From: a virus
Lineage: Duplodnaviria > Caudoviricetes
IMG/VR virus record: IMGVR_UViG_3300049198_000022
Coordinates: 1-46,454 of that record
Length of the DNA: 46,454 nucleotides
Strand: one strand, 5' to 3'
Below, one piece after another: positions 33,690 through 44,018 of this stretch (the stretch's first letter is position 1; each line of letters starts with the position of its first letter). The position numbers and the translations under genes were made by a program. Below the pieces are notes generated by a model. That model had not been told where the DNA came from, did not search any database, and saw only the letters and a list, made by a program, of their open reading frames with translations.

Positions 33690-35910
33690 GATGGTAGAAT
33701 TTGACGATATGGAAGACGTCACCGCCGATGATTACGGCGTGGACGCTGAAAAGTACGTCCCCGAGGGCTACAAGACAGCCGAGGAGTTCCTTGCGCACGT
33801 CACCAAGACTTATGAGTCCGACGTCAAGTACGATAAGGAGAACCGCGAGTGGGCTTTGGAGGATCTCCAGTTCACGGCGGGCGACCAGTGGGACCCCACT
33901 GTCAAGAAAGAGCGCGAGGATGCGTTCCGGCCGTGTCTGACCATCAACGTGCTGCCGCAGTTCGTGGGGCAGGTGATCGGTGACCGCCGCATCAACAAGA
34001 CTACCATCAAGGTGCGACCGCTGAAGGAAGGCACCATGAAGGAAGCCGAGGTCCGCAGCGGTCTGATCAAGAGCATCGAGTCGTATTCGCGCGCTGAACG
34101 CGCTTACGACGCAGCTTGCGAAGATCAGGTGACCTGCGGCATCGGCAACCTGCGCGTCGACCTTGAATACGCGGGCAACGACGTCTTCGACCAGGATATC
34201 CTCATTCGCCACGTTCCCAACCCGCTGGCCGTGGTGTGGGACCGCATGAGCGTTGACCCAACGGGCCGCGACGCGCGGCACTGCTTCGTCACTGACCGCA
34301 TCCCCAAGGATGTCTACGACAAGAAGTACCCCGACTACCCCTGCCCGACCGGCTTCACTGACGAGTCGAGCGTCAACCAGAGCGGATGGTGGGATACGGA
34401 GTCAGTGCGCCTAACGGAGTTCTGGGAACTCTACAATAAGCCCGCCAAGTTCGCTATGATGCAGGACGGCGACGTCAAGGACGTTACCGGCATGGACCGC
34501 GAGCTTTACGAGGACCAGCTCTGGCGGCACCCAGCCACCGGCGCGACCAAAGAGCGCGACAGCTATCGTACCTATGCGAGAATGCACATCGTCACGGGCT
34601 TTGCCATTCTGGGCGAGGCCTATGAAATACCGCTCACCCGCCTGCCCATCGTACGGGTCGAGGGACGCGTCGTGCGTGTGGGCGACGACCGCGTGCGGTT
34701 TGGCCTTGTGCGCTTTGCCAAGGACAGCCAGCGACTGAAGAACTACTGGCGCAGCGTTTCGGCTGAAGTGCTGGCGCTGGCCCCGAAGGCGCAGTGGTCC
34801 GGCCCCGCAGACGCCTTTGAAGGCCGCGAGGAGCAGTGGAAGCGCAGCCACCTGACCGGCCAAGGCCCGCTGATCTGGAACAAGAACGCCAGCGCCGAGC
34901 CGAAGCGCGTCGACCCGCCCGCTGTCCCCGCAGCTCTTCTGCAAGAAGCGCAGATGAACCAGCAGGACATCAAGGACACCACCGGCCTGCATGACGCGAG
35001 CCTTGGGATGCGCAGCAACGAAGTCAGCGGCGTGGCCATCAATGCCCGCAAGAAGGAAGGCGACGTTGCGACGATTATTTATCACGATAATCTCAACAAC
35101 GCCATCCAGGAAGTTGGCGATGTCGTAAACCAGCTCATTCCGCTGGCCTACGATGCGACGCGCATGGTTCGCGTCATCGGCGAAGACGACAAGCACAAGC
35201 TGCTCGTCATCAACGACCCCGACGACGAGAACTCGCCTGACATCACCGCCGCCAAGTACGACGTCGTGCTTGAAACCGGCCCGTCCTTCACCACCCAGCG
35301 CCAAGAAGCGATGGAAGGCATGATGACCCTCATCCAGACCGCGCCGGAAATGCTGGGCGTGTTCGGTGACATTGTCGCCAAGAACATGGACTGGCCCGGA
35401 GGCTACGAAATCGCTGAGCGTCTCAAGGCCCACATGAAGCGGAACGGCACGTACGTCGAAGAGGAAGAAGAGGGCGAAGAAGGCCAGCCTACTCAAGAGC
35501 AGATGATGCAGATGCAGCAGATGCAGCAACAGCAGCAGATGCAAGAGCAGGCGATGGCTCTCGAAATGCGGGAGAAGGAAGCCACCACGGCCAAGGCCGA
35601 AGCTGAAGCCGCCATCAAGGCCGCAGAGGCTGAAGCGGCCAAGGCGCTGCCCCAGCGGGCCGAGCTCGAGACCGCCATTCTTGAGGAAAAAGCACTGCAA
35701 GCCTTGGCTGACCGGCAGAAGGCTGAGGCGCAGGCCGACGAGGCTGCGTTCAACGCCGACAACGCCCCGCGCCTGCTTGAACAAAAAATTCGCTTGGCAG
35801 AACGCTCCGCTTCTGCTAAGTCGATGCCCAACAACCGCGGAGCAGGTCCTCGCCCCTCAGGCGACCGTCGTAAGACGCAACCCAAAGGAAATGCCAATGC
35901 AACGTCGTAA
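33682..35910 (+). CDS. Portal protein, P22 gp1-like
   Basis: DLQF.AGDQW, RPCLTINVL, GLVRFAKDSQR..NY, SNEVSGVAINAR, GPSFTTQRQE, long C-terminal helical barrel. Confidence 0.93.
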   Translation: MAEMVEFDDMEDVTADDYGVDAEKYVPEGYKTAEEFLAHVTKTYESDVKYDKENREWALEDLQFTAGDQWDPTVKKEREDAFRPCLTINVLPQFVGQVIGDRRINKTTIKVRPLKEGTMKEAEVRSGLIKSIESYSRAERAYDAACEDQVTCGIGNLRVDLEYAGNDVFDQDILIRHVPNPLAVVWDRMSVDPTGRDARHCFVTDRIPKDVYDKKYPDYPCPTGFTDESSVNQSGWWDTESVRLTEFWELYNKPAKFAMMQDGDVKDVTGMDRELYEDQLWRHPATGATKERDSYRTYARMHIVTGFAILGEAYEIPLTRLPIVRVEGRVVRVGDDRVRFGLVRFAKDSQRLKNYWRSVSAEVLALAPKAQWSGPADAFEGREEQWKRSHLTGQGPLIWNKNASAEPKRVDPPAVPAALLQEAQMNQQDIKDTTGLHDASLGMRSNEVSGVAINARKKEGDVATIIYHDNLNNAIQEVGDVVNQLIPLAYDATRMVRVIGEDDKHKLLVINDPDDENSPDITAAKYDVVLETGPSFTTQRQEAMEGMMTLIQTAPEMLGVFGDIVAKNMDWPGGYEIAERLKAHMKRNGTYVEEEEEGEEGQPTQEQMMQMQQMQQQQQMQEQAMALEMREKEATTAKAEAEAAIKAAEAEAAKALPQRAELETAILEEKALQALADRQKAEAQADEAAFNADNAPRLLEQKIRLAERSASAKSMPNNRGAGPRPSGDRRKTQPKGNANATS

Positions 35911-36868
35911 CCTGATGATTTCCGCCTCCATGACTCCCATCGAAGCCAAGATGGGGCGCTACATGCGCGCTCCCGATCACGACGCCAGCAGCGCGCCGAT
36001 GATCGAGATCGACGAGACGCCCACCAACGCGCCCGCTGTTCCCGCAGCGCCCGTCGGCAAGACCACCGACGACCTCTACGACGAGGAATACGGCGGCACG
36101 GTTGAGGAGGCCTCTTCCGAAGAGCCCGAGGTCCTGGAACTGACCGAAGAGGTCAAGGAAGAGGCCAAGCCGGAGGCCAAGCCCGAAAACGACGTGCAGA
36201 AGCGCATCGACCAGCTTACTGCGGAGCTGCGCGAGACCCAGCGGCAACTTGCCGAGGCGTCCCGCCCCCGCGAACAGAATTCCAAGCCCACGGGCGCGGA
36301 AGAACCCAAGGGGGACGGTGCGCCGAACCCTGAGGACTACGACTTCGGCAAAGCGGACGACAAGTTCATTGCCGACTGGGCTCGCTGGAACGCTGATCAG
36401 CGGTTCAACGAACGTGCCGAGCAGGTGCGTGTTGAGCAGCAGATCGAAGCGATCGAGACGAGCTGGAAGGGAGCACTTGAGGCCCCTGAGGTCGTTGAGG
36501 CGTATCCGGACTTTGACGAGAAGGTCACCAAGGGTGCCGATCGTCAGGAATGGGCGTGCTCGCTGCCGATGGCGGTCTTGATCAAGCGGTCGGACGTCGG
36601 CCCGGACATCGCCTATGAATTGGCGTCCAACCCCGACGAGTCCCGCCGCATCGCGTCGCTCTCACTTGAAGAGCAGCTCCTGGAGTTCGGCCGTCTTGAA
36701 GGCCGCGCCTCCGCGCTTAAGGGTACGGCACGTTCTGCCGCCCCCGCTCCCAAGAAGGTGCCTTCGTCCGCACCCCCGCCGCCCGCAAACCGCAGTCGCG
36801 GCAGTGGTGGCAAATTCGCTAATCCTCAGGATGCGCTCTACGATCGTATGCTGAGTGAACTCAACTGA
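35897..36868 (+). CDS. Scaffolding protein
   Basis: Between portal and capsid; acidic; VQKRIDQLT, PNPEDYD, YPDFDE, GPDIAYELASNP, Pro-rich tail. Alternative start at 35891. Confidence 0.85.
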   Translation: MQRRNLMISASMTPIEAKMGRYMRAPDHDASSAPMIEIDETPTNAPAVPAAPVGKTTDDLYDEEYGGTVEEASSEEPEVLELTEEVKEEAKPEAKPENDVQKRIDQLTAELRETQRQLAEASRPREQNSKPTGAEEPKGDGAPNPEDYDFGKADDKFIADWARWNADQRFNERAEQVRVEQQIEAIETSWKGALEAPEVVEAYPDFDEKVTKGADRQEWACSLPMAVLIKRSDVGPDIAYELASNPDESRRIASLSLEEQLLEFGRLEGRASALKGTARSAAPAPKKVPSSAPPPPANRSRGSGGKFANPQDALYDRMLSELN

Positions 36869-36890
36869 TCCGCAATAAGGAATTTGCGAC

Positions 36891-38195
36891 ATGGCAAACC
36901 AAGTAACTCAGCTTGCCCTCATCACCGCAGCGATCTGCGCACGTATGGAAAATACGCTGCTCGCGTCGAAGATGGTGACGTGGAACAAGAACGACAAGAA
37001 GATCAACCCGCTGAACGGCTTCAAGTACATCGAACACGTTCCGCCCCGCTACAACCGTCGCCGCTGGACCGGCGCGGTCGCTGACCTCTCGGCTGGCAAG
37101 CAGGACACCGTCTTCGGGTCGGAAGTGTTCAGCCTCAATCAGGGCGACACGCTCGACTTCTTCTACGGCGACTTCGAAAACATCAAGGACTTCGATGCCG
37201 CCAAGAAGAACGCCCGCATCAAGTCGATCGGCGAAGACGAAGGTCACCTCGTCGACGCTGACGTCCTGAACACCGTCGCGCTCTGCGGCGCGAACTGGAT
37301 CGGCACTCCCGGCACCGCAATCAGCGATGTCGACCCGCTGATGGAGGGCTACGCCCGCCTGAAGGAAGAAGGCGTCTCGGACAACGAAATCTTCTGCGTC
37401 CTGCCGTATTCCGACATGCCCGGACTCGCGAAGTACCTGATGGAACTTCCCGCGCCGGACGCTCTTGCGACTGCGGTGGTCACCCGCCTCAGCTTCAAGC
37501 AGCTTGCGGGCCTGCCCGTCATGTTCACCCAGCAGCTCCCGACCCTCACCACCGGCACCCGTGCCGTCACTGGGGCGGTCGCTGGCGCGGCGCAGGGCAG
37601 CAACTACCGCGACGTCTGCGTGTCCAGCACGACCAACGGCAACTTCCTCACGCAGGAAATTGACCTCGACGGCTTCGCGGCGGGTGCGACGTTCAAGGAT
37701 GGCGAAATCTTCACCATCGCTGGCGTCAACGACTACGATAACCGGAAGCAGGCCAGCAAGGGTCGCCTGCGTCAGTTCCGCGTTATCGGCGACGCAACCG
37801 CGGACGGTACGGGTGCGGTGACCCTCCGCATCTTCCCTGCCATCATCGCTCCGGCGGGCGGCGGCATCGGCGACAACGGGGTGAACACTGCTCACGCCAC
37901 CGTCACCGCTGTTCCGGCTGATGGCGCGGTCGTGACGTTCCTCGGGGCGGCTTCCACCGAGTTCCTCACGCGGGCGCTCATCAAGAAGTCGGCCTGCCGC
38001 GTCGAGACGGCGATGCTCGAAGACCTGCCGTCGGGTGAAAACTCGAGCGTTCAGATGAAGAACATTCCGCTGTCGCTCCGTTCGTACAAGTACGCGAACG
38101 GCGATACGGGCGTCTCCTCGGTCCGCTTCGATATCCCGTGGCAGACCAACGTGAACCCCTATGGCCGGTACGAGATCGTTCGTATCAACGGCTAA
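36891..38195 (+). CDS. Major capsid protein, P22 gp5-like
   Basis: TAAGGA SD; MAN start; insertion domain GEIFTIAGVN...LRQFRV...IFPAII. Confidence 0.9.
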   Translation: MANQVTQLALITAAICARMENTLLASKMVTWNKNDKKINPLNGFKYIEHVPPRYNRRRWTGAVADLSAGKQDTVFGSEVFSLNQGDTLDFFYGDFENIKDFDAAKKNARIKSIGEDEGHLVDADVLNTVALCGANWIGTPGTAISDVDPLMEGYARLKEEGVSDNEIFCVLPYSDMPGLAKYLMELPAPDALATAVVTRLSFKQLAGLPVMFTQQLPTLTTGTRAVTGAVAGAAQGSNYRDVCVSSTTNGNFLTQEIDLDGFAAGATFKDGEIFTIAGVNDYDNRKQASKGRLRQFRVIGDATADGTGAVTLRIFPAIIAPAGGGIGDNGVNTAHATVTAVPADGAVVTFLGAASTEFLTRALIKKSACRVETAMLEDLPSGENSSVQMKNIPLSLRSYKYANGDTGVSSVRFDIPWQTNVNPYGRYEIVRING

Positions 38196-38210
38196 AGGTT
38201 TCGTCGGGGC

Positions 38211-38234
38211 GGGGCTGGGCTAACGCTCAGCCCC
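38211..38234 (+). terminator. Hairpin after the capsid gene
   Basis: GGGGCTGGGC-TAAC-GCTCAGCCCC; no clear U-tract. Confidence 0.5.
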
Positions 38235-38249
38235 AAACCCATTAGGAGA

Positions 38250-38558
38250 ATGCTCATGGCCTTTGCCACACTCGACTTCGAAATTCGCCCTGAGGACGGG
38301 TGGGTTCTGGTCGCCACAAATCCCAACTACCTGAAGATTCGCCCCGTCGAGCATCACCCGTATTGGATTGCTGTGACGGCTGCTGGGGTTCCGGCGGCGG
38401 ATCTCGAGGGCCTGAAGTATGGTCGCGGCGGCGACGCGCAGCGGCAGGACTTCGACATCAGCGGCGTTACGGCTGGGCTCGTCTATATCCGCGTAAAGGA
38501 GCCGCCGAACAGCGCTCCGTCTTCGCACATGCACTTCGGCGTGTTGCGCGACCAGTAA
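38250..38558 (+). CDS. Small virion-associated/hypothetical protein
   Basis: TAGGAG SD; beta-rich; start could be 38256. Confidence 0.7.
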   Translation: MLMAFATLDFEIRPEDGWVLVATNPNYLKIRPVEHHPYWIAVTAAGVPAADLEGLKYGRGGDAQRQDFDISGVTAGLVYIRVKEPPNSAPSSHMHFGVLRDQ

Positions 38559-38576
38559 CCAAGAAAGGATACCAAC

Positions 38577-38912
38577 ATGTCCAAGAACAAGATCATGTGG
38601 CCCGGATGGCGCTACAATCCAGAGACCGGCGCGGGTGAAATCTTCCAGAGCGAGGAAGAAGTGCCCGAGGGCTGGGTCAAGTTCGCCGAACTGGCCCCCA
38701 TCGCGGAAGCCGCCGAGGACGAGGAAGTCGAACTCACCGAAGACGACGAAGCCGCCATCAAGGCGCTCATCGAAGACAACACCAAGGACGAGCTCATCGC
38801 TCGGCTCGTGGCGCTGAACGAAGGGCGCGAAGACGACGACCAGATCGAGTTCTTGGAAAGCTGGCCCAAGCGCCCGCTCGCTGTCGCCATCCACACCGCA
38901 GAAGGTGAATAA
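38577..38912 (+). CDS. Acidic hypothetical protein
   Basis: WPGWRY...IFQSEEEVPEGW; AAAGGA SD. Confidence 0.75.
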   Translation: MSKNKIMWPGWRYNPETGAGEIFQSEEEVPEGWVKFAELAPIAEAAEDEEVELTEDDEAAIKALIEDNTKDELIARLVALNEGREDDDQIEFLESWPKRPLAVAIHTAEGE

Positions 38913-38915
38913 GTC

Positions 38916-39704
38916 ATGACCCTGACCTCCGAGATGATTAGGCTGGCCTATCGTGAGTCGAACCTCATTGCCATTGGGGCGTCGCCAACCGCGCCGCAAG
39001 TGGCTGAGGCGCTGGCGCGGCTCAACTCGATCGTCTCGGGGGCCTACGGGTACGAAGTGGGCCAAGAGTTCATAGATTGGCCCATCGGGCAGGAGGGCGT
39101 CAACACTGAGGAGTCGGCACCCTTCTGGACGAACGACCTGTGGGCCTACCCGCCCATCAACATGCGGATGATTGCTGCCAGCAACACCCCGCAGACCATC
39201 TATCTTCCGCCCGGACCGAGCAACGGTTCGCGCATCGCCTTGATCGACCCCGCGTCGCGCCTTGCGGCAGCGCCCATCATCATCGATGGTAACGGGCGTA
39301 CGATCGAAGGTTCCGACACGCTCACGCTCAACACCAACGGCACGAACAAGGTCTGGTTCTACCGCGCCGACACCGGCAACTGGACGCTTCTCTCGGAGCT
39401 CACCGGCGTAGACCCTGAGCAGTTCCCGTTCCCTATCGAGTTCGATGACTACTTCATCACGAAGCTGGCCATGCGTCTCAACCCGCGTTACGGGCGGCAG
39501 ATGGCGGAGAGCAGCGCGGTTGCAATGGCGCAGACGCTGGACAAGCTGCGCGCTCGCTACCGCCAAGACGAAAAGGTCATCGGCCCGCTTGGCGCGTTCG
39601 CGCTGACCAGCGGCTACGGCAACGGCAGAGCCTACTCGCAGTTCGGCGATGTTGGCCACAGGCGCGGTACGCGGAATATCCGCCCGCCGCATTATCAGGG
39701 GTGA
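38916..39704 (+). CDS. Head-to-tail adaptor, P22 gp4-like, with central insertion
   Basis: IRLAYRESNL...ALARLNSIV and FITKLAMRLNPRYG helical termini; beta-rich insert (TIYLPPGPSNG...IDGNGRTIEG). Confidence 0.7.
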   Translation: MTLTSEMIRLAYRESNLIAIGASPTAPQVAEALARLNSIVSGAYGYEVGQEFIDWPIGQEGVNTEESAPFWTNDLWAYPPINMRMIAASNTPQTIYLPPGPSNGSRIALIDPASRLAAAPIIIDGNGRTIEGSDTLTLNTNGTNKVWFYRADTGNWTLLSELTGVDPEQFPFPIEFDDYFITKLAMRLNPRYGRQMAESSAVAMAQTLDKLRARYRQDEKVIGPLGAFALTSGYGNGRAYSQFGDVGHRRGTRNIRPPHYQG

Positions 39705-39708
39705 TTGA

Positions 39709-40980
39709 ATGAAAATTCTTCAAGCCCGCAGCGAGTTCGTTCGCAACGTCGCCAAGATACCCGACGTTCTGCTGCGCAACCGTTTTATCGAGCTCAACCC
39801 TGTTCTCCAAGAAGGAGAGCAGCCGTACTCGTATATCCAGCGTCCGGCGCTTCACTACTGGATGAGCGTGGGGACTGGGCCTATCCGCTCGGTGTTCCAC
39901 GCGGCTGGCGCGTTCAACGACGATATGTTCGTGGTGAGCTTTGACACGCTCTACCGCGTTGACGCGTTCAAGAACTCCACGGCCATTGCGCTCAACCTGT
40001 TTGGCGCCGACGATCCTGGATCGCCGGTGGCCTTTGCCTGCACGGGCGAAATCGGCGATATCCCGAACCGTCTGTTCTTTGCGGACGGTCAAACGCTGCG
40101 GGTCTACACCGACGACGGGTTCGCCACGGGAACTCTCACAACCACCGCAGTTCCCAGCAACGGCGACGTCGTGGAAATGGGCGGCACCTACTACCAGTTC
40201 ACGACAGGCTCTGTGGATGCGGGCACGCCCCTTGGCACGGTTGCGTTCCCGTGGCTTGTGGCGATTAACCTAGCGAGCGCCACGGCAACGCTGGACAACC
40301 TTCTGGCCGCGCTGAACGGCACCGGCACCGCTGGCACCCAGTACAGTACGGCCACCATCCCGAACACTGACGTCGCAGGCGAGGCCTCCACTTCGGGCTT
40401 CCTGCGCGTACGGGCGCTGGAGGCTGGCGTGTTCGGCAACGCCATCACCACGACGGAGACCGGCGCGAACATGTCGTGGGGTGCGGCGACGCTGCAAAAC
40501 GGCGGCGTTCCTGGAACATTCCAGATCGCTACCCCGAACGACATCGGCGTCATCAGCGTGGCCTTCATCAACGGCTACGTGATCGTCGTCCCCGCCCAAG
40601 GCGAAGGCGTAGACGGGCGCTTCTACTGGATACAGCCCGGAGAGACGACGATCGATCCGCTTGACTTTGCCACGGCGGAGCGTAGCGCGGACCCCATCTT
40701 CAAGGTTGTCGTCTTCGGCGATCAGTTCTGGCTTCCTGGACAAACGACCACGGAAACGTGGTACATCAGCGGCGACCCCGATGCTCCGGTCGCCCGCGTG
40801 CAGGGCATTCTGTTCGACCGAGGAACCATTGCCGGTACGGGTCGACAGGTCAAGGACTCCCTGCTTATTGTGGACAACGATGGCGGGGTCTTCAAAATAC
40901 GCGGTGGTCAGGAGCAGCGGATCTCCACGCCCGATATCGAAGAACGTATCCGCAAGGCAATCGCAGCTACCGCTGTCTGA
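39709..40980 (+). CDS. Tail hub/DNA stabilisation protein, P22 gp10-like, N-terminal part
   Basis: RPAL...GPIRSV, VAFINGYVI, FATAERSADP, TTETWY.SGD, RISTPDIEERI. Confidence 0.75.
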   Translation: MKILQARSEFVRNVAKIPDVLLRNRFIELNPVLQEGEQPYSYIQRPALHYWMSVGTGPIRSVFHAAGAFNDDMFVVSFDTLYRVDAFKNSTAIALNLFGADDPGSPVAFACTGEIGDIPNRLFFADGQTLRVYTDDGFATGTLTTTAVPSNGDVVEMGGTYYQFTTGSVDAGTPLGTVAFPWLVAINLASATATLDNLLAALNGTGTAGTQYSTATIPNTDVAGEASTSGFLRVRALEAGVFGNAITTTETGANMSWGAATLQNGGVPGTFQIATPNDIGVISVAFINGYVIVVPAQGEGVDGRFYWIQPGETTIDPLDFATAERSADPIFKVVVFGDQFWLPGQTTTETWYISGDPDAPVARVQGILFDRGTIAGTGRQVKDSLLIVDNDGGVFKIRGGQEQRISTPDIEERIRKAIAATAV

Positions 40981-41000
40981 CCCGCTCTAGGAGATTTGTT

Positions 41001-42047
41001 ATGCTCGACCACGCCGATAACTTCAACACCTACGGCACGCTCACCGCTCTTCTGCTCGAAGGTGTGTACGCCGAGATTCGCGACGTGGCGCTTGTCGCAG
41101 ACCCTGACGGGGTGTCCACTGAACGCGTCCTGCGCTATAATGAGAACGCCTCAGCCGCGTTCGACGCCATCGCCCGCAGGGTGCTGTCCGCAGCCTCCGT
41201 GACTTCCGGTGTGGCGAGCCGATTCTGGCTGGACCGCTTGCCGACCACCACTACTGAGGAGCCGTCCATTCGCTGGGCGGACGCTGGCAACAATCAGATC
41301 GCGCGCCTGCGGGTCATGACCACGGGCGGACTTCAGCTTGTGGATCACAACAATAACGTCATCGCGCAGACTCCTGGACCGGTCGTCACCGCGAACGGCT
41401 GGTTCCACTACGAAGCCAAGCTCACCTGCGGTCTCCTCCTAGACGCCGAGTTCGAGTGCCGCATTGAAGGCCGTGTGGTTCTCACCCACAGCGGCTTCAG
41501 CACGAGCGACGCAGCCGCCGACCAGATCATCACCGGCGTACTGTCCACCGGTACAGGCTCCAATCCCGCCATGTACCACAAGGACTACGTCATCTGGGAC
41601 GGGACCGGCACGTACAACAACGACTTCCTCGGCGGTGTGCGCGTCTACGAACTCTACACCATTGCCGACGTCATCTTCCCGTGGCTGTCCACTGGGCCGG
41701 ATGGCTTCAGCGTGTTGGACAACAACCCTCCCACGGACGTCGACTATATCTACGCCGATCTCACCATGCCCGCGCAGTGTGAGTTCACCATGAGCAACCT
41801 TCCGGCAGACGTTTCCAGCGTCAAGGGCGTGTTCATCAAGTACCGCGCGGGCAAGAGCGACGGTGGCGACGGACAGCTTCAGGCAGGCGTCATCAGCAAC
41901 GCGGTGGCGGGTCTCGGTACGGATCGCCCCATCACGTTCGCGCAGACGTATTGGACCGACCTGTTTGAGGAAGACCCCGACACGAACGCGCCTTGGGTTC
42001 CCGGAGCCGTAGACGCCATGACGGTAACACTCGACAGGACCGTGTGA
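41001..42047 (+). CDS. Beta-rich virion protein (lectin/concanavalin-like)
   Basis: TAGGAG SD; WFHYEAK, DYVIWDGTGTYNNDFLG, DPDTNAPW. Confidence 0.65.
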   Translation: MLDHADNFNTYGTLTALLLEGVYAEIRDVALVADPDGVSTERVLRYNENASAAFDAIARRVLSAASVTSGVASRFWLDRLPTTTTEEPSIRWADAGNNQIARLRVMTTGGLQLVDHNNNVIAQTPGPVVTANGWFHYEAKLTCGLLLDAEFECRIEGRVVLTHSGFSTSDAAADQIITGVLSTGTGSNPAMYHKDYVIWDGTGTYNNDFLGGVRVYELYTIADVIFPWLSTGPDGFSVLDNNPPTDVDYIYADLTMPAQCEFTMSNLPADVSSVKGVFIKYRAGKSDGGDGQLQAGVISNAVAGLGTDRPITFAQTYWTDLFEEDPDTNAPWVPGAVDAMTVTLDRTV

Positions 42048-42048
42048 T

Positions 42049-42891
42049 ATGGCGCTGACCCCACAAGTGCGCGCCACGCAGATGCGAGCGTTGGTGGTCG
42101 GTGACGCGACCCCCGCCGTTCAAGTCACGCAGATGCGCGGCCTAGCGACCATCAACTTCCCAACGCAGGAAGTGCAGGTCACGAACCTGCTGGTCAATAG
42201 CGTGGTGGCAGGACCGGCGCGCAGCCTCCGTGTCTCGCAGATGCGAGCTATAGTCGTGGCCCGTGGTCGTAACGAAACGCCGAAGGCGCGTGACTGGACA
42301 TACACCCTAGACGCGCACGACTTCTACATTCTGCAGACGCGGTTCGACACAATCGTGTTCGACCTCAGCACCGGCGCGTCGTTCATCTGGGGTACGGAAG
42401 ACTCGACGCTTTGGCGCGCGCACACTGGCGTCGTCTGGCAGCGCCCGCTGCTGGACGCCATCAACTACAGCAACATCATGGCTGGCGATGATACGCTGGG
42501 AACGCTGTACCTGCTCAACCCGAACGACGTGCAGGACGACAGCCCAGACCCCGATCGCCCGACCCGCCTGCCGTTCCAGCGGGTTATCTACGGCCAGATT
42601 GCAGTGCGTGGGCGGGATAGCGTACCCTGCAACGGAGTGGAAGTCTACGGAAGCATAGGCGCACCTGACAGCGAGGCCACGCTGACCGCAGTGACGCTTT
42701 CCACTTCGGACGATAGGGGCAACACCTTCACCGATCACGGGACGCTCACGGTAACGCCGGAAGTCTATGATACGCGGCTTGACTGGCTCAGCCTCGGTAG
42801 CATGACCGCTCCAGGTCGCCTGTTCAAGCTGGTCGACTACGGGGCGCTTGTTCGCGTAGACGACTTTGAAATGCCGGATACGGAGGAGTAG
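42049..42891 (+). CDS. P22 gp10-like C-terminal part with N-terminal V(R/Q)VTQ repeats
   Basis: YTLDAHDFYILQ, AGDDTLGTLYLL, STSDDRGNTF, WLSLGS...RLFKL. Confidence 0.7.
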   Translation: MALTPQVRATQMRALVVGDATPAVQVTQMRGLATINFPTQEVQVTNLLVNSVVAGPARSLRVSQMRAIVVARGRNETPKARDWTYTLDAHDFYILQTRFDTIVFDLSTGASFIWGTEDSTLWRAHTGVVWQRPLLDAINYSNIMAGDDTLGTLYLLNPNDVQDDSPDPDRPTRLPFQRVIYGQIAVRGRDSVPCNGVEVYGSIGAPDSEATLTAVTLSTSDDRGNTFTDHGTLTVTPEVYDTRLDWLSLGSMTAPGRLFKLVDYGALVRVDDFEMPDTEE

Positions 42892-42892
42892 G

Positions 42893-43915
42893 GTGCAAAA
42901 CCTAGAGAGCAACACCAAGATCGTCAATGACGACGGTACGCCAACTCAGTACTTCATGCGCCTGCTCCAAGTACGGGGTATCGGGCAGGATGATCTCGTG
43001 GATTTGGTGGATGCTCTGGAGGCCAACAAGGCAGACAAGGCAACCGAGATTATCGCAGGCACCGGCCTTGATGGTGGCGGAGACCTCAGCGAAGATCGCA
43101 CGCTGGAGTTGGAGCCGGTAACGCCGGACCCCAGCGGCAGCTACACGAGCGCCGACATCACGGTGGACCCGTACGGCAGAGTAATCGCAGCCGCTAACGG
43201 TTCCGGTGGCGGGGGCGGCGCGCTTGACCCACTTTCGCTACGCACCACCACTCCCGACACCCTCAGCGGTGCGCTCGTCAGCTACGGCATCACAGTCACC
43301 CGCGTCGGCACTACCGGCAACGCGGTTGGCAGCGGCGGCGGGGACTACTACAACTCTAAGGCTAGGTCGCACAATCAGAGCGCCAACGCGATAAACGCTG
43401 CCGGTATCTTGTACACCCAGCAGTATTATTCTCGCGGGGCGGGTGGCGGCGGCGGGTACAAGGTTCGCATCCGCGCAGGACTTGGGGAGAACAATCTCTT
43501 TAGCACGACCCGTCGTGTGTTCTACGGTCTGGCGAACCAAACCACTTTCGCAGCAGACCCCAGCACGTTTGTCGACTGCGTGGGGCTCGCGGCCGACGCC
43601 GCTGACACAAACCTGTCGATCATGCACAACGACGCGGCGGGCGTGTGTACCGTCGTTCCTCTTGGGGCTAACTTCCCCGCCAAGACTGCCGTGGTCGACG
43701 TGTACGAACTGCAACTTGAGTGCGACCGGAGCGGCGCGGAAATACGATGGACCGTCACCCGCATGAACACCGGCGACACGGCCAGCGGTACGATTAACAC
43801 AAACCTTCCGACAGCCGCCACGCGGCTCCGTATGTTCGTCGGAGCCAACACCGGCCCCAGCGTGGCGGGCCTTGTACGCGCAGAGCTTTTTGGCTGGGCG
43901 TCGTCCGACGCTTAG
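42893..43915 (+). CDS. Tail fibre/needle-like protein
   Basis: IVNDDGTPTQYFMRLL, IAGTGLDGGGDLS.DRTL, GSYTSADITVDPYGRVIAAANGSGGGGG, beta-rich head. Confidence 0.75.
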   Translation: MQNLESNTKIVNDDGTPTQYFMRLLQVRGIGQDDLVDLVDALEANKADKATEIIAGTGLDGGGDLSEDRTLELEPVTPDPSGSYTSADITVDPYGRVIAAANGSGGGGGALDPLSLRTTTPDTLSGALVSYGITVTRVGTTGNAVGSGGGDYYNSKARSHNQSANAINAAGILYTQQYYSRGAGGGGGYKVRIRAGLGENNLFSTTRRVFYGLANQTTFAADPSTFVDCVGLAADAADTNLSIMHNDAAGVCTVVPLGANFPAKTAVVDVYELQLECDRSGAEIRWTVTRMNTGDTASGTINTNLPTAATRLRMFVGANTGPSVAGLVRAELFGWASSDA

Positions 43916-43967
43916 GCGTTGGGCACGCAACATTATTAGTGAGGCCCGCAGGCGGCTTAATAACAGC

Positions 43968-43996
43968 TTGCCGAGTAAATAACTTTAGCCTATAGG
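43968..43996 (+). promoter_or_regulatory. Sigma70-like promoter upstream of the ejection genes
   Basis: TTGCCG-N17-TATAGG in an AT-rich intergenic gap. Confidence 0.55.
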
Positions 43997-44018
43997 GCAA
44001 ATATCTTGGAGATTCGTT

